This document shows positions 39,003-53,527 of a stretch of DNA of 63,752 nucleotides, in pieces. The stretch covers positions 52,184,236 to 52,247,987 of the forward strand of contig JAUZTB010000076.1 of the NCBI GenBank assembly GCA_034780895.1, given 5' to 3'. The notes beneath the pieces were generated by a model. The model was not told the origin of the DNA, made no database searches, and saw only the letters and a program-made list of their open reading frames with translations. The stretch is from Rhynchobatus australiae. Its lineage: Eukaryota. Both the position numbers and the translations under genes were made by a program. Numbering within the stretch: the first letter of the stretch is position 1; each line of letters begins with the position of its first letter.

Positions 39003-39661
39003 CTGTTGGCAGGTAAATAAAGANNNNNNNNNNNNNNNNNNNNNNNNNNNNNNNNNNNNNNNNNNNNNNNNNNNNNNNNNNNNNNNNNNNNNNNNNNNNN
39101 NNNNNNNNNNNNNNNNNNNNNNNNNNNNNNNNNNNNNNNNNNNNNNNNNNNNNNNNNNNNNNNNNNNNNNNNNNNNNNNNNNNNNNNNNNNNNNNNNNNN
39201 NNNNNNNNNNNNNNNNNNNNNNNNNNNNNNNNNNNNNNNNNNNNNNNNNNNNNNNNNNNNNNNNNNNNNNNNNNNNNNNNNNNNNNNNNNNNNNNNNNNN
39301 NNNNNNNNNNNNNNNNNNNNNNNNTAGCATGTTACTCTTAAATTCCCTAATCTAGGTCATTGTACAGGTAAGAAGGATAATTATTCAAATTAAATAAATT
39401 CTGTATACTTTTTGACAGCTTTCAAAAACAAGGCTTCCTATACCTGCTACTACTTTAGGTAGTGCTTCACCCCTGTTTACCTATATTCATGACCAAATAT
39501 AATTTTGATTAGAGGTATTCAGAAGGTCTGCCAGCAATTTGTTCAAATTCCTGCTGATATTCACAAATAAACATACAAAGTAATATAAACTTAAAATCCC
39601 AATCTAATTAAAATAAATCCACATTATAGATAAGACTTTTCTTCAAATTGCGATTACGTAC

Positions 39662-39797
39662 CTCACATTCAGACACATCCTTCTCACAGTTCTCTTTCAA
39701 CAGCTTCATTTTTATCAGAACATGTTGACGCTCACTGTTTATTTGAGCAACCTGCTCATTCTTTTTCTGGCTCCGAAGCTTAAGTTGATCATACTCA
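39662..39797 (-). CDS. NUF2: NUF2 coding exon 12
   Basis: 136 nt; EYDQLKLRSQKKNEQVAQINSERQHVLIKMKLLKENCEKDVSECE|gtacgt. Confidence 0.9.
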
Positions 39798-40189
39798 CTT
39801 GTTTTGAAAAAAAAGAAAATAATTGAATTTATTGATACGGAGCATCTCTCATGNNNNNNNNNNNNNNNNNNNNNNNNNNNNNNNNNNNNNNNNNNNNNNN
39901 NNNNNNNNNNNNNNNNNNNNNNNNNNNNNNNNNNNNNNNNNNNNNNNNNNNNNTAAATTGATGCACATTGTGATGTATTTAAATATTTAAAAAATTATTT
40001 TGCTTGGGTTAATCCTGAATAAGACAGATTAATTTACAATAAAATTGGCCAACAGAATTCAAGAGCACATTTCTTCGTGTATATCTAAATGGAATTCTAT
40101 AACATATTATCACAATGCCTTAATGTAACAGGCAGGAGTGAATCATTCTCTTATTCCCACTGCTTCTTTTCATCTATCTGGCAGTGTTT

Positions 40190-40490
40190 GATGAGCACCA
40201 AGCACCCTTTACATTTCCTATCCAACATTCCCAGGGCAAGCTTTGCACTGGTTAGTTACAGAATAAAGCTTCCTCTTGGCTTTCCCTTCAAACACTACAT
40301 TAACAGACATAGCATGAGTTTCATTTTATGCAACATTCCCTGGGCAGGTACAGTGCAGATCTGATATGGAGTCAAGCTCCCTCGATGTGATTCTATTTAA
40401 CAGTTCCAGGACAGTTGTACCACAGTTTACATACAGAAGGAAGCTTTCTATACTGGCCCACCAACACTGTGGAAGGTAGAGCATATTAAT
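40190..40490 (+). repeat. Degenerate tandem repeat, period about 65 bp
   Basis: Recurring cattcccagggca.g...ttag.tacaga.taaagct.cctc units; two more at about 42205-42335. Confidence 0.6.
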
Positions 40491-40499
40491 ACAAGGGTT

Positions 40500-41600
40500 T
40501 CTGCCTCTACCACCCTTTCAAGCAGACAGATTGCAGACTGCTGTTGTCCACTGGGTGAAAAAAAACTTCACCTATCTCACCTTTAATCTTTCCACTAATT
40601 ATTTTAAACCTATGCCCCCCTCTAAGAGAAATAGATCCCCCTTATTTACTTTACCTGGACCTCAGAATGCCATACAACTTGATTTTGTCTCAACCTCGTC
40701 AGTTCCTAAGTAAACAACTCAAGCTTATCCAATCCTTCCTCTAAAAATTTCCATTCCTAACTTTGTCAGAAATTCCCCATATTCAGTTCAGTGCAATCAA
40801 ATCTCTTCTGTAATGTGATGATAAGAACTGAATGCTCAAGTTGTTGTCTAGTTAGTGTTGCGTGTAGCCCTGGCAGATCCTTCCTGCTTTTGAATACTAT
40901 GTCTCAACTAAAGAATAAAAGATTCGCAGCTTACCAACCTGTTCTGTTTCCATCTTGTCTGTACCTTTCAGCATCCTCCCATTTATTATATATTCCATTG
41001 TTTTATTGCATCTCCCCGAATGCATACATTCACATCTCTCTGGATCACAGAAGCAAGCATCAAGGGTTTCTTTTGCTTCTTACCACTGAGCCAATTGTTG
41101 ATCCAGTGTGCCATTCTCCCNNNNNNNNNNNNNNNNNNNNNNNNNNNNNNNNNNNNNNNNNNNNNNNNNNNNNNNNNNNNNNNNNNNNNNNNNNNNNNNN
41201 NNNNNNNNNNNNNNNNNNNNCCCTTGGATTGTACTTTTTCCAATTAGCCTACCATACTAAAATCCACACAGACATCACACATTACCCCTCCTCAAAATAT
41301 TTAATCGTTAATCAGACACAATCTTCCTTAAATCTATGTTGACTGTCCCTGATAAATCTGTGGTTTTTGAAGTGAGGTTGTATAATCTATCAGAATTGAT
41401 TCCAATAGTTTTCCTACCACAAAAGCTGAGCTAATTGGCCTATTCACTTCAGCCCTTCCTCATACATGAAACAAAAATACATCAGTCCTTAAATTCTACA
41501 TCATTACTTCTGTCGTAAGAGAATATTGAAAATAATGGTCAGAGTCTTGGCAGTTTCCTTCTTTTAACAGCCTGTATTCGGGCCTAGCCATGTACCCAAT
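40500..41600 (-). mobile_element. Old CR1 fragments
   Basis: GRMAHWINNWLSGKKQ motif and reversed CR1-type sequence. Confidence 0.65.
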
Positions 41601-42599
41601 TTATCCATGCACTTTGTTATCGAAGGAGCTCTAGGTCTGATGGTCTCACCCTTTTCCTTTATGGAAACATGTTTACCCAGTCTCTTGAATCTCTATCTGG
41701 AATGAGTCCCATTGTTGGGAATAACCTGAGAGTGTTTGATGGGAAAATGCAGTTGGGATCCTTACTTTGTAACTATCAAATGTTATACCTGTCTTAGGTA
41801 TTTAAGCACAAGAATCAGTTGATATAATAGAGTTTAACCTAGTTTTACTCTAACTAATGCATGCTGCATATAACCTGGGAGTATTTTATTTTTCAAAAGC
41901 GACAGATAGCTTTATCCAGTCCACTTCTGATATATAACTTCGCCATGTAGTAAGATTGGCCTCACTCCAACTTAAAACTTTTAGCTTTTTCTATAACAAT
42001 ACTAAATCTAACTAAATGATAATCATTATTACAATAAAGTATTTTCTGAATTATACCATTTCCTCCTGTCCAACTTTATTCCCCAAGACCAAATCCAGAA
42101 ATTGCACCCACTCCCTTTGCCCCTTATTGCTGGATGTATTACATGCTCCTTAAAAAGGTACTCCTAAATGCAATTTAGAAAATTTGTGCCCTCTATAAGC
42201 CTTTAGATTAGATACAGAGTAAAGCTCTCTCTACATTGCTTATCAAGCAGCCCCTAGCCTGGTGCAGTGCAAGTTTGACACAGAATAAGATCCCTTTGCA
42301 ATGTCCCATCAAATCTGCCAAGCCAAGCACAGCAGAGTTTCACCGCATTTGTTAGAACGAACTGGTCCTTTTTCCCTGCCCCTGCTGAAATTTGTTGGAG
42401 AGCAGACATTGAGCAAAACTTGGTGCTACATTTCAAGACAAATAATAAGGAGAAACAATACATTTCAAACAGCACAATTATAAAAAGTTGTTCAGGAACA
42501 GAAAATGCATAGGAAAAGTGCAATCCGGGTACAATGCAGTTCTTCACTTCCATAGTAGTTCTCCCTCAAACAGTCAAAAATATCAGAAAAAATAGGATG

Positions 42600-43800
42600 C
42601 CTTAAATTTCTCAGAAACAAATAGGTTGACAGGATGCAGTCAATGTTGTCCAGAGAGGTTTTCAAAAGGCATTTAATAAATTACACAAAAGTCAACTTAG
42701 CAAAACTGAGATCCTTAGAACTAGAATCAATAGCAGAATGTTGATGTAAAGGGAGGAAGCAGAGACAAATATTTTCTTTTTCCCTGACTGAAGATAGACA
42801 TAAGTGTTCTCCATTGTCAGTATTGGAACCATTTTTAAAAAATATTTATTGACGAGCGTATGGGTAAAGTTTTTAAATGTGCCACTGAGAAGAGGTTGAA
42901 AGTACGATAAATAGTGAGGAAGGTTGGAATAGGCTCTAAGGAAACAAAGAAAGGCTGGTTGAATGGGTGATGAAATTTAATACAGAGAACAGTGAAGTGC
43001 CAGGTGCTATATTTCATTACAGACCAGAAGGATAGACAATAAAGACTAAATGGCATAATCATAAAAGGTCTGCAGGAACAGAGAGACCTAGATCCACAGG
43101 TGCACATATCTTTGAAAGTGTAAGAGCATATCGAGAGAGGAGCTGGTAAAAGAAATTGGATTTGGGGATATATAAAAGAATAGAAAAAAAAGAAAGTTAC
43201 TTTGAACTTGTGTAAAACACTAGTTAGGCCACAAGTGGAGGACTGCATTCATATCTGAATAACTATTTTGAGAAAGGGTTATGATCCTGTGCAGGGATGC
43301 AGAAAAGATTTCAGATGTGGGATCAACTGTTCCATGAGGTTTCAGCTACAAGGTTAGAATGGAAAAGCTGGGTTTGTTCTTCCTGCAGCAAAGAAAGTTG
43401 AGAATAGATTTAATTGATAGTAGATTAGCTACCTTTCGTCATATTAGGATTCTGATCCATTGATGATTTATCACCCAAAACCATTAATGGGGCATAAACT
43501 CAACATTAGTGACTTTTATAGATACTGAAAAGCTGTTGGCCAAGAACCAAGAGTCACAGGTTCTGAAAAAGGGATCAGTCATTTAGAACACAGGTGAATA
43601 AAAATTTCTTCACTCAATGGGTGATAAGTTGTGCATCAGAGAACTGTTAATGAATATATTAAAGATCAACAGATTTTTGAATATGATAGCATTTCAATGC
43701 ACATGAAGATAAATGAGAGAGTGGTGTGAAGTGTTGCTGTGAATTTATTGAATAGTAAAGCAGGCTCTAGGGACTGTAAGGCCAACATGTTTTTATTGTT
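42600..43800 (+). mobile_element. Old CR1 fragments
   Basis: Degenerate W.MKFN..K, LCKTLVRPQVEDC and FFTQ motifs. Confidence 0.65.
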
Positions 43801-44719
43801 TGTATTCACACCCATGATAGAACATTATGCCCTGCTTGGATCAGACTATGTTGAACCCAGCCTATGCTCATGGTTGCTGCCATTGCTAACCCATTAATGA
43901 GCACAGATATAAATAAACTTTTATAGCCATATGGCTCCCAATGACAGCTTTACCACTGCAACCCTTTCATAAAGCACAAAAGGGTACAGGCAGCAAGGAC
44001 TATCGTGTGGTTCAGTAATGGCCTTCTGATAGCTCTCAAAAATTGACTAAATTGTTTTTAATATGTGGAATTAAAGTTTAAAAAGTGAAAAGTTGATTTA
44101 AACACACTGCTATAAATTAATCAAAATATAATTATACGTTGAAGTAAGAAGTAATGAGAAACTTACCTCAACTTATCTTTAAATGGAGATCATTCAAATC
44201 AATGGATGGCAGTTAAGCTGAGGAGCCAGAGAAAAATGTATCTGCTCCCTTAACTCAGCGACTTACAGAATGTCCTTGGATTCAAATCGCAAGTCCAGAA
44301 CCAGAATGCAAGGCCAGATGTGCCTAGAATGCGCTGCCATTCATATCATCACCAGCCACCAATTCTCTACAGATCCACTGGTCAGCCATGAGTCTGACCC
44401 AGAACACATTCTTTGGTTTATTGTATCCATCATGCCCAGGCCCAATAGTTCTTTCAAATTTTATGCTGAAGAATTATAACACTATGCAGAAGAATATTTG
44501 TATGAAACAGACAGTAGTGACACTTGGGTTAAAAACTGACAGATTAAACCAGGAGCCTACAGCTGTTTTTCAGTTCTGATAACGACTGTACAGATGAGCA
44601 CAAGTATAAATTTGACCACAGTGCTTAATTTATTCTATCAACCAATTATAAATGCTAAAAGGTGCACCACAGTGTTATGATCCATAGCAAATACTAAAAC
44701 AATAATTAAGTTTACATAC

Positions 44720-44895
44720 GTGGCTACTNNNNNNNNNNNNNNNTCCCTAGCTTCCCGCTTCTTAAGCATCTGCATTGTTAGCTTGTCTTGCTTTTCTAAT
44801 TTTGAACAGAGAACCCTTTTCAGCTGAGTCTCTTCTTTCTGCATGTTTTCAGACTCGAGTTTTTTTCTATCTAAATCATTTTCTTCTTTCCAAGT
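44720..44895 (-). CDS. NUF2: NUF2 coding exon 11 (14 N inside)
   Basis: 176 nt; ttttctacag|TWKEENDLDRKKLESENMQKEETQLKRVLCSKLEKQDKLTMQMLKKREAR..VA AC|gtatgt; EE.QLKR motif. Confidence 0.9.
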
Positions 44896-46386
44896 CTGTA
44901 GAAAAGTCAAGAGAACAATATATTCTTGCATGTTTCAGATAGTATCACTTTTGACATATATACACATAAAATCTAACAGCTATTTGACTGAAGAAGCAAG
45001 ATAGTTCCAAAAGTATATTAAAAATCTATCACGTGGCAGTCTTTACCTTCTGTCTTCATGCAACTCCAGAGACCATGAATATATCTCTTTTTTAGTGGCA
45101 GGGAATTAAATGATAGCATGGCTCTGAAACTGTACACATGAAGCATTTTCACTGCTATTTACAAGAGTGCTATCACAAGGACAGCTCGAGTTTAACTATA
45201 TAAAAGCTTAAGATTTAGATCTCAGTTGGAGTACTGTGGCCAAGATTGGGCTCATTATGTATGAGGAACCCTGAAGCTTTAGGATGAATACAATAGAGAT
45301 TCACTTGAACCTTGTTTGGCATTAGAAAACACAGATATGAGGACAGACTTGAAAAATTTAAGATGTTTTCTTTAGAACAGTACAGATTATAAAATAATGT
45401 TACAGAGCTACTTAAAATTATCAAAGGATAGGCCAGGATAGATTAAAGGGTGACTTCCAATGACAGATGAATCAAGAAGAAGTTGCCATCAATGCAAGAA
45501 AAAAAATCAACTTTAGGAGAGAGAAGGAACCATGTTTTAGAGTTGTGGACCAATACTCANNNNNNNNNNNNNNNNNNNNNNNNNNNNNNNNNNNNNNNNN
45601 NNNNNNNNNNNNNNNNNNNNNNNNNNNNNNNNNNNNNNNNNNNNNNNNNNNNNNNNNNNNNNNNNNNNNNNNNNNNNNNNNNNNNNNNNNNNNNNNNNNN
45701 NNNNNNNNNNNNNNNNNNNNNNNNNNNNNNNNNNNNNNNNNNNNNNNNNNNNNNNNNNNNNNNNNNNNNNNNNNNNNNNNNNNNNNNNNNNNNNNNNNNN
45801 NNNNNNNNNNNNNNNNNNNNNNNNNNNNNNNNNNNNNNNNNNNNNNNNNNNNNNNNNNNNNNNNNNNNNNNNNNNNNNNNNNNNNNNNNNNNNNNNNNNN
45901 NNNNNNNNNNNNNNNNNNNNNNNNNNNNNNNNNNNNNNNNNNNNNNNNNNNNNNNNNNNNNNNNNNNNNNNNNNNNNNNNNNNNNNNNNNNNNNNNNNNN
46001 NNNNNNNNNNNNNNNNNNNNNNNNNNNNNNNNNNNNNNNNNNNNNNNNNNNNNNNNNNNNNNNNNNNNNNNNNNNNNNNNNNNNNNNNNNNNNNNNNNNN
46101 NNNNNNNNNNNNNNNNNNNNNNNNNNNNNNNNNNNNNNNNNNNNNNNNNNNNNNNNNNNNNNNNNNNNNNNNNNNNNNNNNNNNNNNNNNNNNNNNNNNN
46201 NNNNNNNNNNNNNNNNNNNNNNNNNNNNNNNNNNNNNNNNNNNNNNNNNNNNNNAACACTGATTAAAAGGCTCATCGGCAGCTTGCTCACACAAAATAAG
46301 AAAACAATAATTTGGAAGCATTTTTATAGGAGTTAGCAAAACTTAATACAGTACACATAGTTTGATAAACATAAGAATTCACATAC

Positions 46387-46530
46387 CTCAGTGTTCATGC
46401 TGCTTAACTGGTCATAGCCAGTCTGGGATTGTTGCAAGAAACTGCAGTAAGTTTCTAGTTCTTTTTTTTGGAAATTGATAAAGTTTGCCAACTTGTCTTG
46501 AAGTTCCAATGTTCTATCACTTTTCTTTTG
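46387..46530 (-). CDS. NUF2: NUF2 coding exon 10
   Basis: 144 nt; taacag|QKKSDRTLELQDKLANFINFQKKELETYCSFLQQSQTGYDQLSSMNTE|gtatgt. Confidence 0.85.
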
Positions 46531-47990
46531 CTGTTAAATACACACAAAACTGAATTACTATGGAAATAACTTATCAGCTACTTTTTTTTGATAAGTACGA
46601 GTTCTCACATCTACAGCACCAACTGGTGCTGACACAGCCCTTGATAAGCAGCTGCTTATGACCAAGGTTTGATGATGCTAATCCAAAGTACTTGTTGCAA
46701 ATTAACAATCCAACCAGGACATTAGGGAAAGGCATAGACAAAATTCAGGGCAGGCCCCTCCTGTACTTATTTCAGTTTAGTAACAGAATATGTATTAATT
46801 GCATACACATCCTACAGTACCCCTTGACATGCCAAGCACAATTCTGCTCAGAATAAATGGTCAGTGCAATACCAAGTTATAGTCTAGTGACTCAGATTTC
46901 CTTTTAAGTGGATGATCAGACATCTGGAAATTGAAGAACAGTGACCATCTCATGTAGCCTAATCAAGAGACTTCAAACTACAACCCATAGAATAAGGAAA
47001 TTACTATTTTAATCCTTGAGGAACAAACATGCACCAACAGAACAGATCTTACTAATTGTAAAGATACTGCTCAGAGACAAAACATGGAATTGATCAATTA
47101 CATAACGACATTTCTATCCTATCAGCCCAGATCAAATGATCACTTAGACATCCATGGTCAAAAAAAAAGGACATCAGTTAAGATCAGGAAGCTGAAAAGG
47201 GTCTGAAAAAGGGAAATAGAAAAGATGAGACAGAAAAACCATGTTCAGTGGACAAGAAAAGACTAAAATCAGAGCAGTTCTGTTTATGGACCTTGGAAAG
47301 AATGTAGAAGCACACTGTGCTGATTCACACTGTGTTGGGAATGTAGAATGTAGAACATTCTTAATGTAGAAGTACACTGTGCTGGGGCTGATTTTGAAAG
47401 GGGGAGGTTATTGATGGCTTAAAACAGTAGTTTAGTGTTTGATTGCTAGGTTACAGAAAGCTACATGGTATAGAAGAGTTGACCGTAAGCTTTTGTAAAG
47501 TGGCATTACTCAAATAACAACACAAAATTGTCAGTAAGAATAATAAAAGCATACTGAGATTGCACCCAAGAGGCAGGTTCAATGGGAGGTGGGTTAGAAT
47601 GACTAAAGAAATGTTAAGAAATTGTGATTGATACCATGGTAGAAAATGAAAAGACCAAGATCATGAGAGAAAGAACCCAATCAGAATAAAAATTCCAAAG
47701 GTGGTAGGGAAAAGTCCATCAGGGGGTGTTGTTTGGAGGATTCTTCCAGCCAAAGATGTAGACAGAGTCAAAAAGTAACTCAAAAAAATGTTAATACTAG
47801 CAAAACAATACTTTTTGACTTTTGCACAAAAGCTATTTGTTTCTTAATATTCTTTTTCATAAAATTAGAATGGGAATCACTGGCAGTATCAAACAGTCTG
47901 GAAAACAAATGAAGCCTTAGACAAGTTAGCAAACAGCTGCTAGCAAGAGGTGATCGTGTACAATCTAAAGTTATACAAAGTTGTTCATAC

Positions 47991-48128
47991 CAAGGCACTC
48001 TTCTTTTTTTCTACTGTCTCCCGCTTTGCCTGTATTTCACTCTTACGTTGTTCTGGGCATTCCACAATCAAGGGCTTGAGCTTAGCTTGCCTCTCTTTTT
48101 CGTTAGCCAAGTCCTCTTTCAACTGGCT
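47991..48128 (-). CDS. NUF2: NUF2 coding exon 9
   Basis: 138 nt; SQLKEDLANEKERQAKLKPLIVECPEQRKSEIQAKRETVEKKKSAL (compare IV[DE]SPE). Confidence 0.92.
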
Positions 48129-51100
48129 CTACCAATAAAATATATTTTTTAGGGGAAAAAAATTAGATTAATGATTTCAACCTGTTAACTGTTGGGATAC
48201 AGTTGTATAATGGTTATTTTGCTGTACTAAAGACAGGATTACTGCCTATGAACTGAAAGTTCAAAACCTATAGGACATTTGAATTCAGTTAATTAAATAA
48301 ACCTGGAATAAAAATCTAATTTGGTAGCAGCAACCATGAAACCAATGGATTATGATAAAATGTGTCACAGTTAACCAATATGGCTCAGACATGACTACAT
48401 AGTGCCATGACTTTAAATGACCTAGCAATTCACACAGTTGTATCAAACTACCACATGAACATTAAGAAAACCAGATCGATCATTCAGCATCAACCTGGGC
48501 ACCAAACACAATAAAAGGTATGTCCACTAATGCTCTCTTCAGTAAAATCTGGAAAACCACATCAAAATTGAGATCTGTCCCACAGATTAGTCAACCAACA
48601 ACCTTACTAACCAAATAATAACTTTCAGCAAATGTTGCCAACTCTTCACCTTCACCATCTTCAATGGTGTCTCTGGGTGTGATGTGATGGATCTTATGGG
48701 TCAAGGTCAAACCTGAGTACAGAAAACTCCTGCAGATTACCACCCAGTGCCGATGAACCAGTACTCCATTGCAGTGAACACCACTTGATAGAAGCACCAA
48801 GATTAAAAGAGCACAGAATGCACTCTGGGTGGATGTACCACTAATGACATAGTGAAAAACTGCCAACTGGGCCTGAGCTTCAAGTGGGGATTTTAACTAA
48901 TGATTGTAGTGTACAGTTGTGCTCTACATCAGGTAAATAAGAATATCACTCATGTTTGATAAGTGAGAAGTAACATTCCCACATCACTATGCTGGACAAT
49001 GACCACCTCCAACTAGAGTTCTGACATTCAGCAAATTCCCCAACCCCATCTACATCCTGGGCAGACATCTGAGCTTTTTGCCCACAAGAGTATATTAGAT
49101 GATATTCTGTGCTGAGATGGTATTCAGTGCAAAATAGCTGCCAGCCTCAGTNNNNNNNNNNNNNNNNNNNNNNNNNNNNNNNNNNNNNNNNNNNNNNNNN
49201 NNNNNNNNNNNNNNNNNNNNNNNNNNNNNNNNNNNNNNNNNNNNNNNNNNNNNNNNNNNNNNNNNNNNNNNNNNNNNNNNNNNNNNNNNNNNNNNNNNNN
49301 NNNNNNNNNNNNNNNNNNNNNNNNNNNNNNNNNNNNNNNNNNNNNNNNNNNNNNNNNNNNNNNNNNNNNNNNNNNNNNNNNNNNNNNNNNNNNNNNNNNN
49401 NNNNNNNNNNNNNNNNNNNNNNNNNNNNNNNNNNNNNNNNNNNNNNNNNNNNNNNNNNNNNNNNNNNNNNNNNNNNNNNNNNNNNNNNNNNNNNNNNNNN
49501 NNNNNNNNNNNNNNNNNNNNNNNNNNNNNNNNNNNNNNNNNNNNNNNNNNNNNNNNNNNNNNNNNNNNNNNNNNNNNNNNNNNNNNNNNNNNNNNNNNNN
49601 NNNNNNNNNNNNNNNNNNNNNNNNNNNNNNNNNNNNNNNNNNNNNNNNNNNNNNNNNNNNNNNNNNNNNNNNNNNNNNNNNNNNNNNNTCCCAAACCTGC
49701 TACTTTTAACACTTAGAAAGACAAGAACAAAAGGCACATGGGAAATATTAATTAAATTTGAAAATCTCTTTTTTGTAATCTCACACAAGTATGAAACCCA
49801 GGTGGCACAGTCAATTTTTATTCTGCCTTTCGATTTCGTTCCAAGCTGTGACATGCTTTTGTTTATCAGATAAAACTGAAGTTCTTTTGAATAACTAAAT
49901 GAAGTTCAACAATCTCATTAGCATCATTTTACCATGATGTGTGGGAGTGTGAAGTTCGAGCTATTTATATTCAAGAATAGGAAAGTACTTATGTATAAAT
50001 AGATTTGGCCGTAAATCTTTAAATTAGCCTGTTTATAACCATCTGGAAATTATCAGAGTTTTATGTAATAGACAGCACAAAATCTGCAGTGTGCTCTGCA
50101 CAAGCACGTTAAGGTTTCTCGTTCTGTTTACATCTCCTCCAGGCTTCAATGAAACAATGGTGCTTTATTTTTAAATTAGGACCATGTGTGCCAATTTGCA
50201 TTGTAATGTTGCCCTATGCCTGCAGCCCTTATCCCTCCAGTGGGTAGAGGTCATAGGTTTGGGAGGTGCTGTTGAGAAAGACCTTGATATGCTGGTTGAA
50301 TGCAAAGCTGTAATAATATTCAAATAGGTATCAACAAGCTAATTTAAAGTTTTACAGTCAAATGTATTTATACATAAATGCCTGAAAATCATTTTACATA
50401 CAAAAAGTTTTATCTCAGCTCCCACTGAATATTGCACTTCCGCATTTCATGGTAAACTGACACATGACAATGTTCTTACTGAGAAAGTTGAGCTCCATTT
50501 ANNNNNNNNNNNNNNNNNNNNNNNNNNNNNNNNNNNNNNNNNNNNNNNNNNNNNNNNNNNNNNNNNNNNNNNNNNNNNNNNNNNNNNNNNNNNNNNNNNN
50601 NATCACAATTGTATCTTTCCTTTTGGTTACTTCAGATGGGAAATCTTTGTTCCCTAACATTCACCCTGATGGAAGCGGCATCCAATTTGGGGTGTTATAA
50701 AAAAATCCAGGCATTGTGAATATTTCTCCACTAATCTGCACTGAATTTAGAAAATGCATTTGAACAGATCATCACATTTAATCAAAGAAACTTCTTCCTG
50801 ATGTGATATGTGACGGGTTCATGTTTTAATGCCTTCAACTGGGTTCCATAAATGAGTCCAAGCATTTTAGGGAATCAGCGATACTCCTAAATGTGATGGA
50901 TCTCTATTTGCTGTGCCAGAGACTCTCAAAACTAGTGAACTCAGAAACTATCAGGAATATGATTTCCATCAGCTGCTAACTGCTGTCTTCCAGACACATT
51001 TGATAATGTGGCACATGCATGGCTGTTTGACTGAAGTGATCCACGTTCATAAAATCTGTGTTTCATGGTTAGTTTCACATCAAGGCAGTGTGGGACTCGT

Positions 51101-52584
51101 ATCATGATTGAAAGTCCTTCTTTACATATCATAGAGGTGGCCAACTGAATCATTACTGACATTCACATGACCTCCTCTTGTGTTAAAAGAAAGCCATTGC
51201 TCATGCCCTCTCTTGGATGGGTTAAAGCACCTCTTTGTCATTTCTACAGCCATGACGCCTGATATTTTCCATAGTTCTCTGCATTAGGTTTACGAAGTCT
51301 ATGAAACATTCTGGCTCACAAAACAAAATGGCATTTAGTAGTTCCAGGATACGTGGCAGGGTGCTGAAAAAAAAAATCAAGAAAATAACATTCATGTGAA
51401 CCTTGAATAAAATGTGTAATTCATTTAAATCTGTAAAATATAAACCTGGCACATATATGTAAAAAGCTTAAAAATAGTTTTAAACTAACAAACCATTTAA
51501 GACCCGAATGCTGAGCCATTACAATATGGTCTTTTAAAATTAATAAGCATTCATAAATCTGTTACCCCGAGCCTCTTTGTCATTGTCTGAGACTTTCATC
51601 CATAAAAATCTTCTTCCAGAATCTTCATTAATTATACATGATTACAACCTGTTGTAAAATCTAAAGTCATCGGAACTTTGCAAGTAGTAGGCAATCAGCC
51701 CAAGTTCATGCAGCCTTTGTGAAGCTCTTGTTAGTTCCAGTGGCAGCCACTTTAGCAGTGAAGTTAATGATGGAGCTTTGATCAATTACAACTATGAAAT
51801 CTCTGCATTGCATTTACAAAAATACTGAAGTTGCTGTCATTTTCACAGTATAATGACAGTGAATGCATCTAACATCACTGTTACTTTTGCTGCCAAATCC
51901 ATTCTGCTTCTCTAGAATGGAGATAAAACTTGAAACGGATCTAAATCCAGTTACTATTCCACAATAAGCATATTAGTTAATACAACTCAGTGAAACATTG
52001 TCAAATTATTTTATAGAAAGAAACTAATACAAATTTTTTTTTTTACAAATTTTAAATCTGGAATCTGAAGTTAGCTCCTTTATTAGAAAGAAATCATTCT
52101 ATTGCTGTTCCAGCAAGTTCACAATATGATTATATAATCAGAAAATATACATTACAAACAGTGCCAGTGTCAATTATATCCCTTAGAACTGACTAGTGTG
52201 GGAATTTGGTACTAGCATTTCTAGTATAAAATGGCATTAACTAATTAAATTTACTGAAGAAAATTTGTGGCAGAGCCAGCCCTAAAAGAAACCACTTGTT
52301 GAGAGTTTTTTTGTTTAAAAGAAGTTCTATTTTTCTTGAGAAACAAAAACATGTCACAAGTTGAAACAGAAACTGGAAGGCAGAATAAAATTTGCACGTG
52401 AAATCTTGACACAAATCTAGGTTTCAAAAAAGGCAGCTTGACATTTATCAATTCACTAAAATCTTCAAGCTTCCATTGTCTAAGCCCAAATTTTGTTTCA
52501 GTCTTGCATCACATATTGGCTTACAAAAGATACAATTCTTACACATCAAAACAGAGTCAAAATTAAAAATTAAGATATACCTAC

Positions 52585-52647
52585 CAGCCCTTTGTTTTGT
52601 TCAGCAATTTCAGCCTTTTGTTGTGTAGTAGCATCTTGAATAGAACT
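52585..52647 (-). CDS. NUF2: NUF2 coding exon 8
   Basis: 63 nt; tgtgcag|SSIQDATTQQKAEIAEQNKGL|gtaggt. Confidence 0.9.
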
Positions 52648-53430
52648 CTGCACAAAAAAATGCAGTACATTACAATATTATCAACATAGCATGAAGGAAG
52701 GCATTTCAAGACATTGCCTGCAGATTGAATATCCACTGGTGCAGCAAGCTGTTTTATGAAAATAGCAGCTTTTGCTAAATAGATGTTTGCAAGATCCCAA
52801 AGGCCAGGTGAAAACCAAGTTCCAAGAAATGCCCAGGTGAATATTGAAGATTTGGTATTGTTCTTCATTAATGAAGATGAAGACTAATTATTAGCTATGA
52901 CAGGTCCAAATGCTCCTAACATCGTCACCTTGGCAATTAATTTCAACATGGTCATGGATAGAGAAAAGAATCTTTGAAAGCTGATTAACATTTCGGGGCC
53001 AATGACAAGCACCACAGAAAACTAAATAAATGAGGAATGTGTTTTCATATTCTGCATTTTCTATCTGAAGACCACAAAAAATCTAGTCACATTAAAATTC
53101 AAATTTTCATACAGAACTAGGTTAGATTTGGTATGTCCCCTAAAACCTTATATAGGAGCTTATCCACTGATCCACTACACTGACCCACCTCCCAACCTGA
53201 AAGTTCACACATGCAGAATTTAGGCTTCTTCTGCCTGCTGGAGATTGTAAACTGGCTGTGCTCCGTTATGTAACAACAATAAGTATATGCACCAGTAAAT
53301 GTTAACAGTAAAGAACTTTGTAATGTTCTGCTACATTAATTCAAGTTAACAGAATGAGGAAAGCAGAGGAAGAAAACCTTTGCTGCCCTGTTTTTCAGAA
53401 GTGCAAACATCTCCACACAAGCAGACTTAC

Positions 53431-53527
53431 TTGTTTGTGGCGATATTCCCAGTTTATCGCTTGCTGTAATTCTGTAATGTCAGCAGACAGTACATCAATT
53501 TTTGCCTGTTGCTCAGGTGGTATCGTG
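53431..53527 (-). CDS. NUF2: NUF2 coding exon 7
   Basis: 97 nt; TIPPEQQAKIDVLSADITELQQAINWEYRHKQ|gtaagt; T[IV]PPEQQA motif. Confidence 0.95.

Noticed and set aside
44255-44352. Box C/D-like motifs on the minus strand in a NUF2 intron
   Set aside because: No terminal stem or recognisable rRNA guide.
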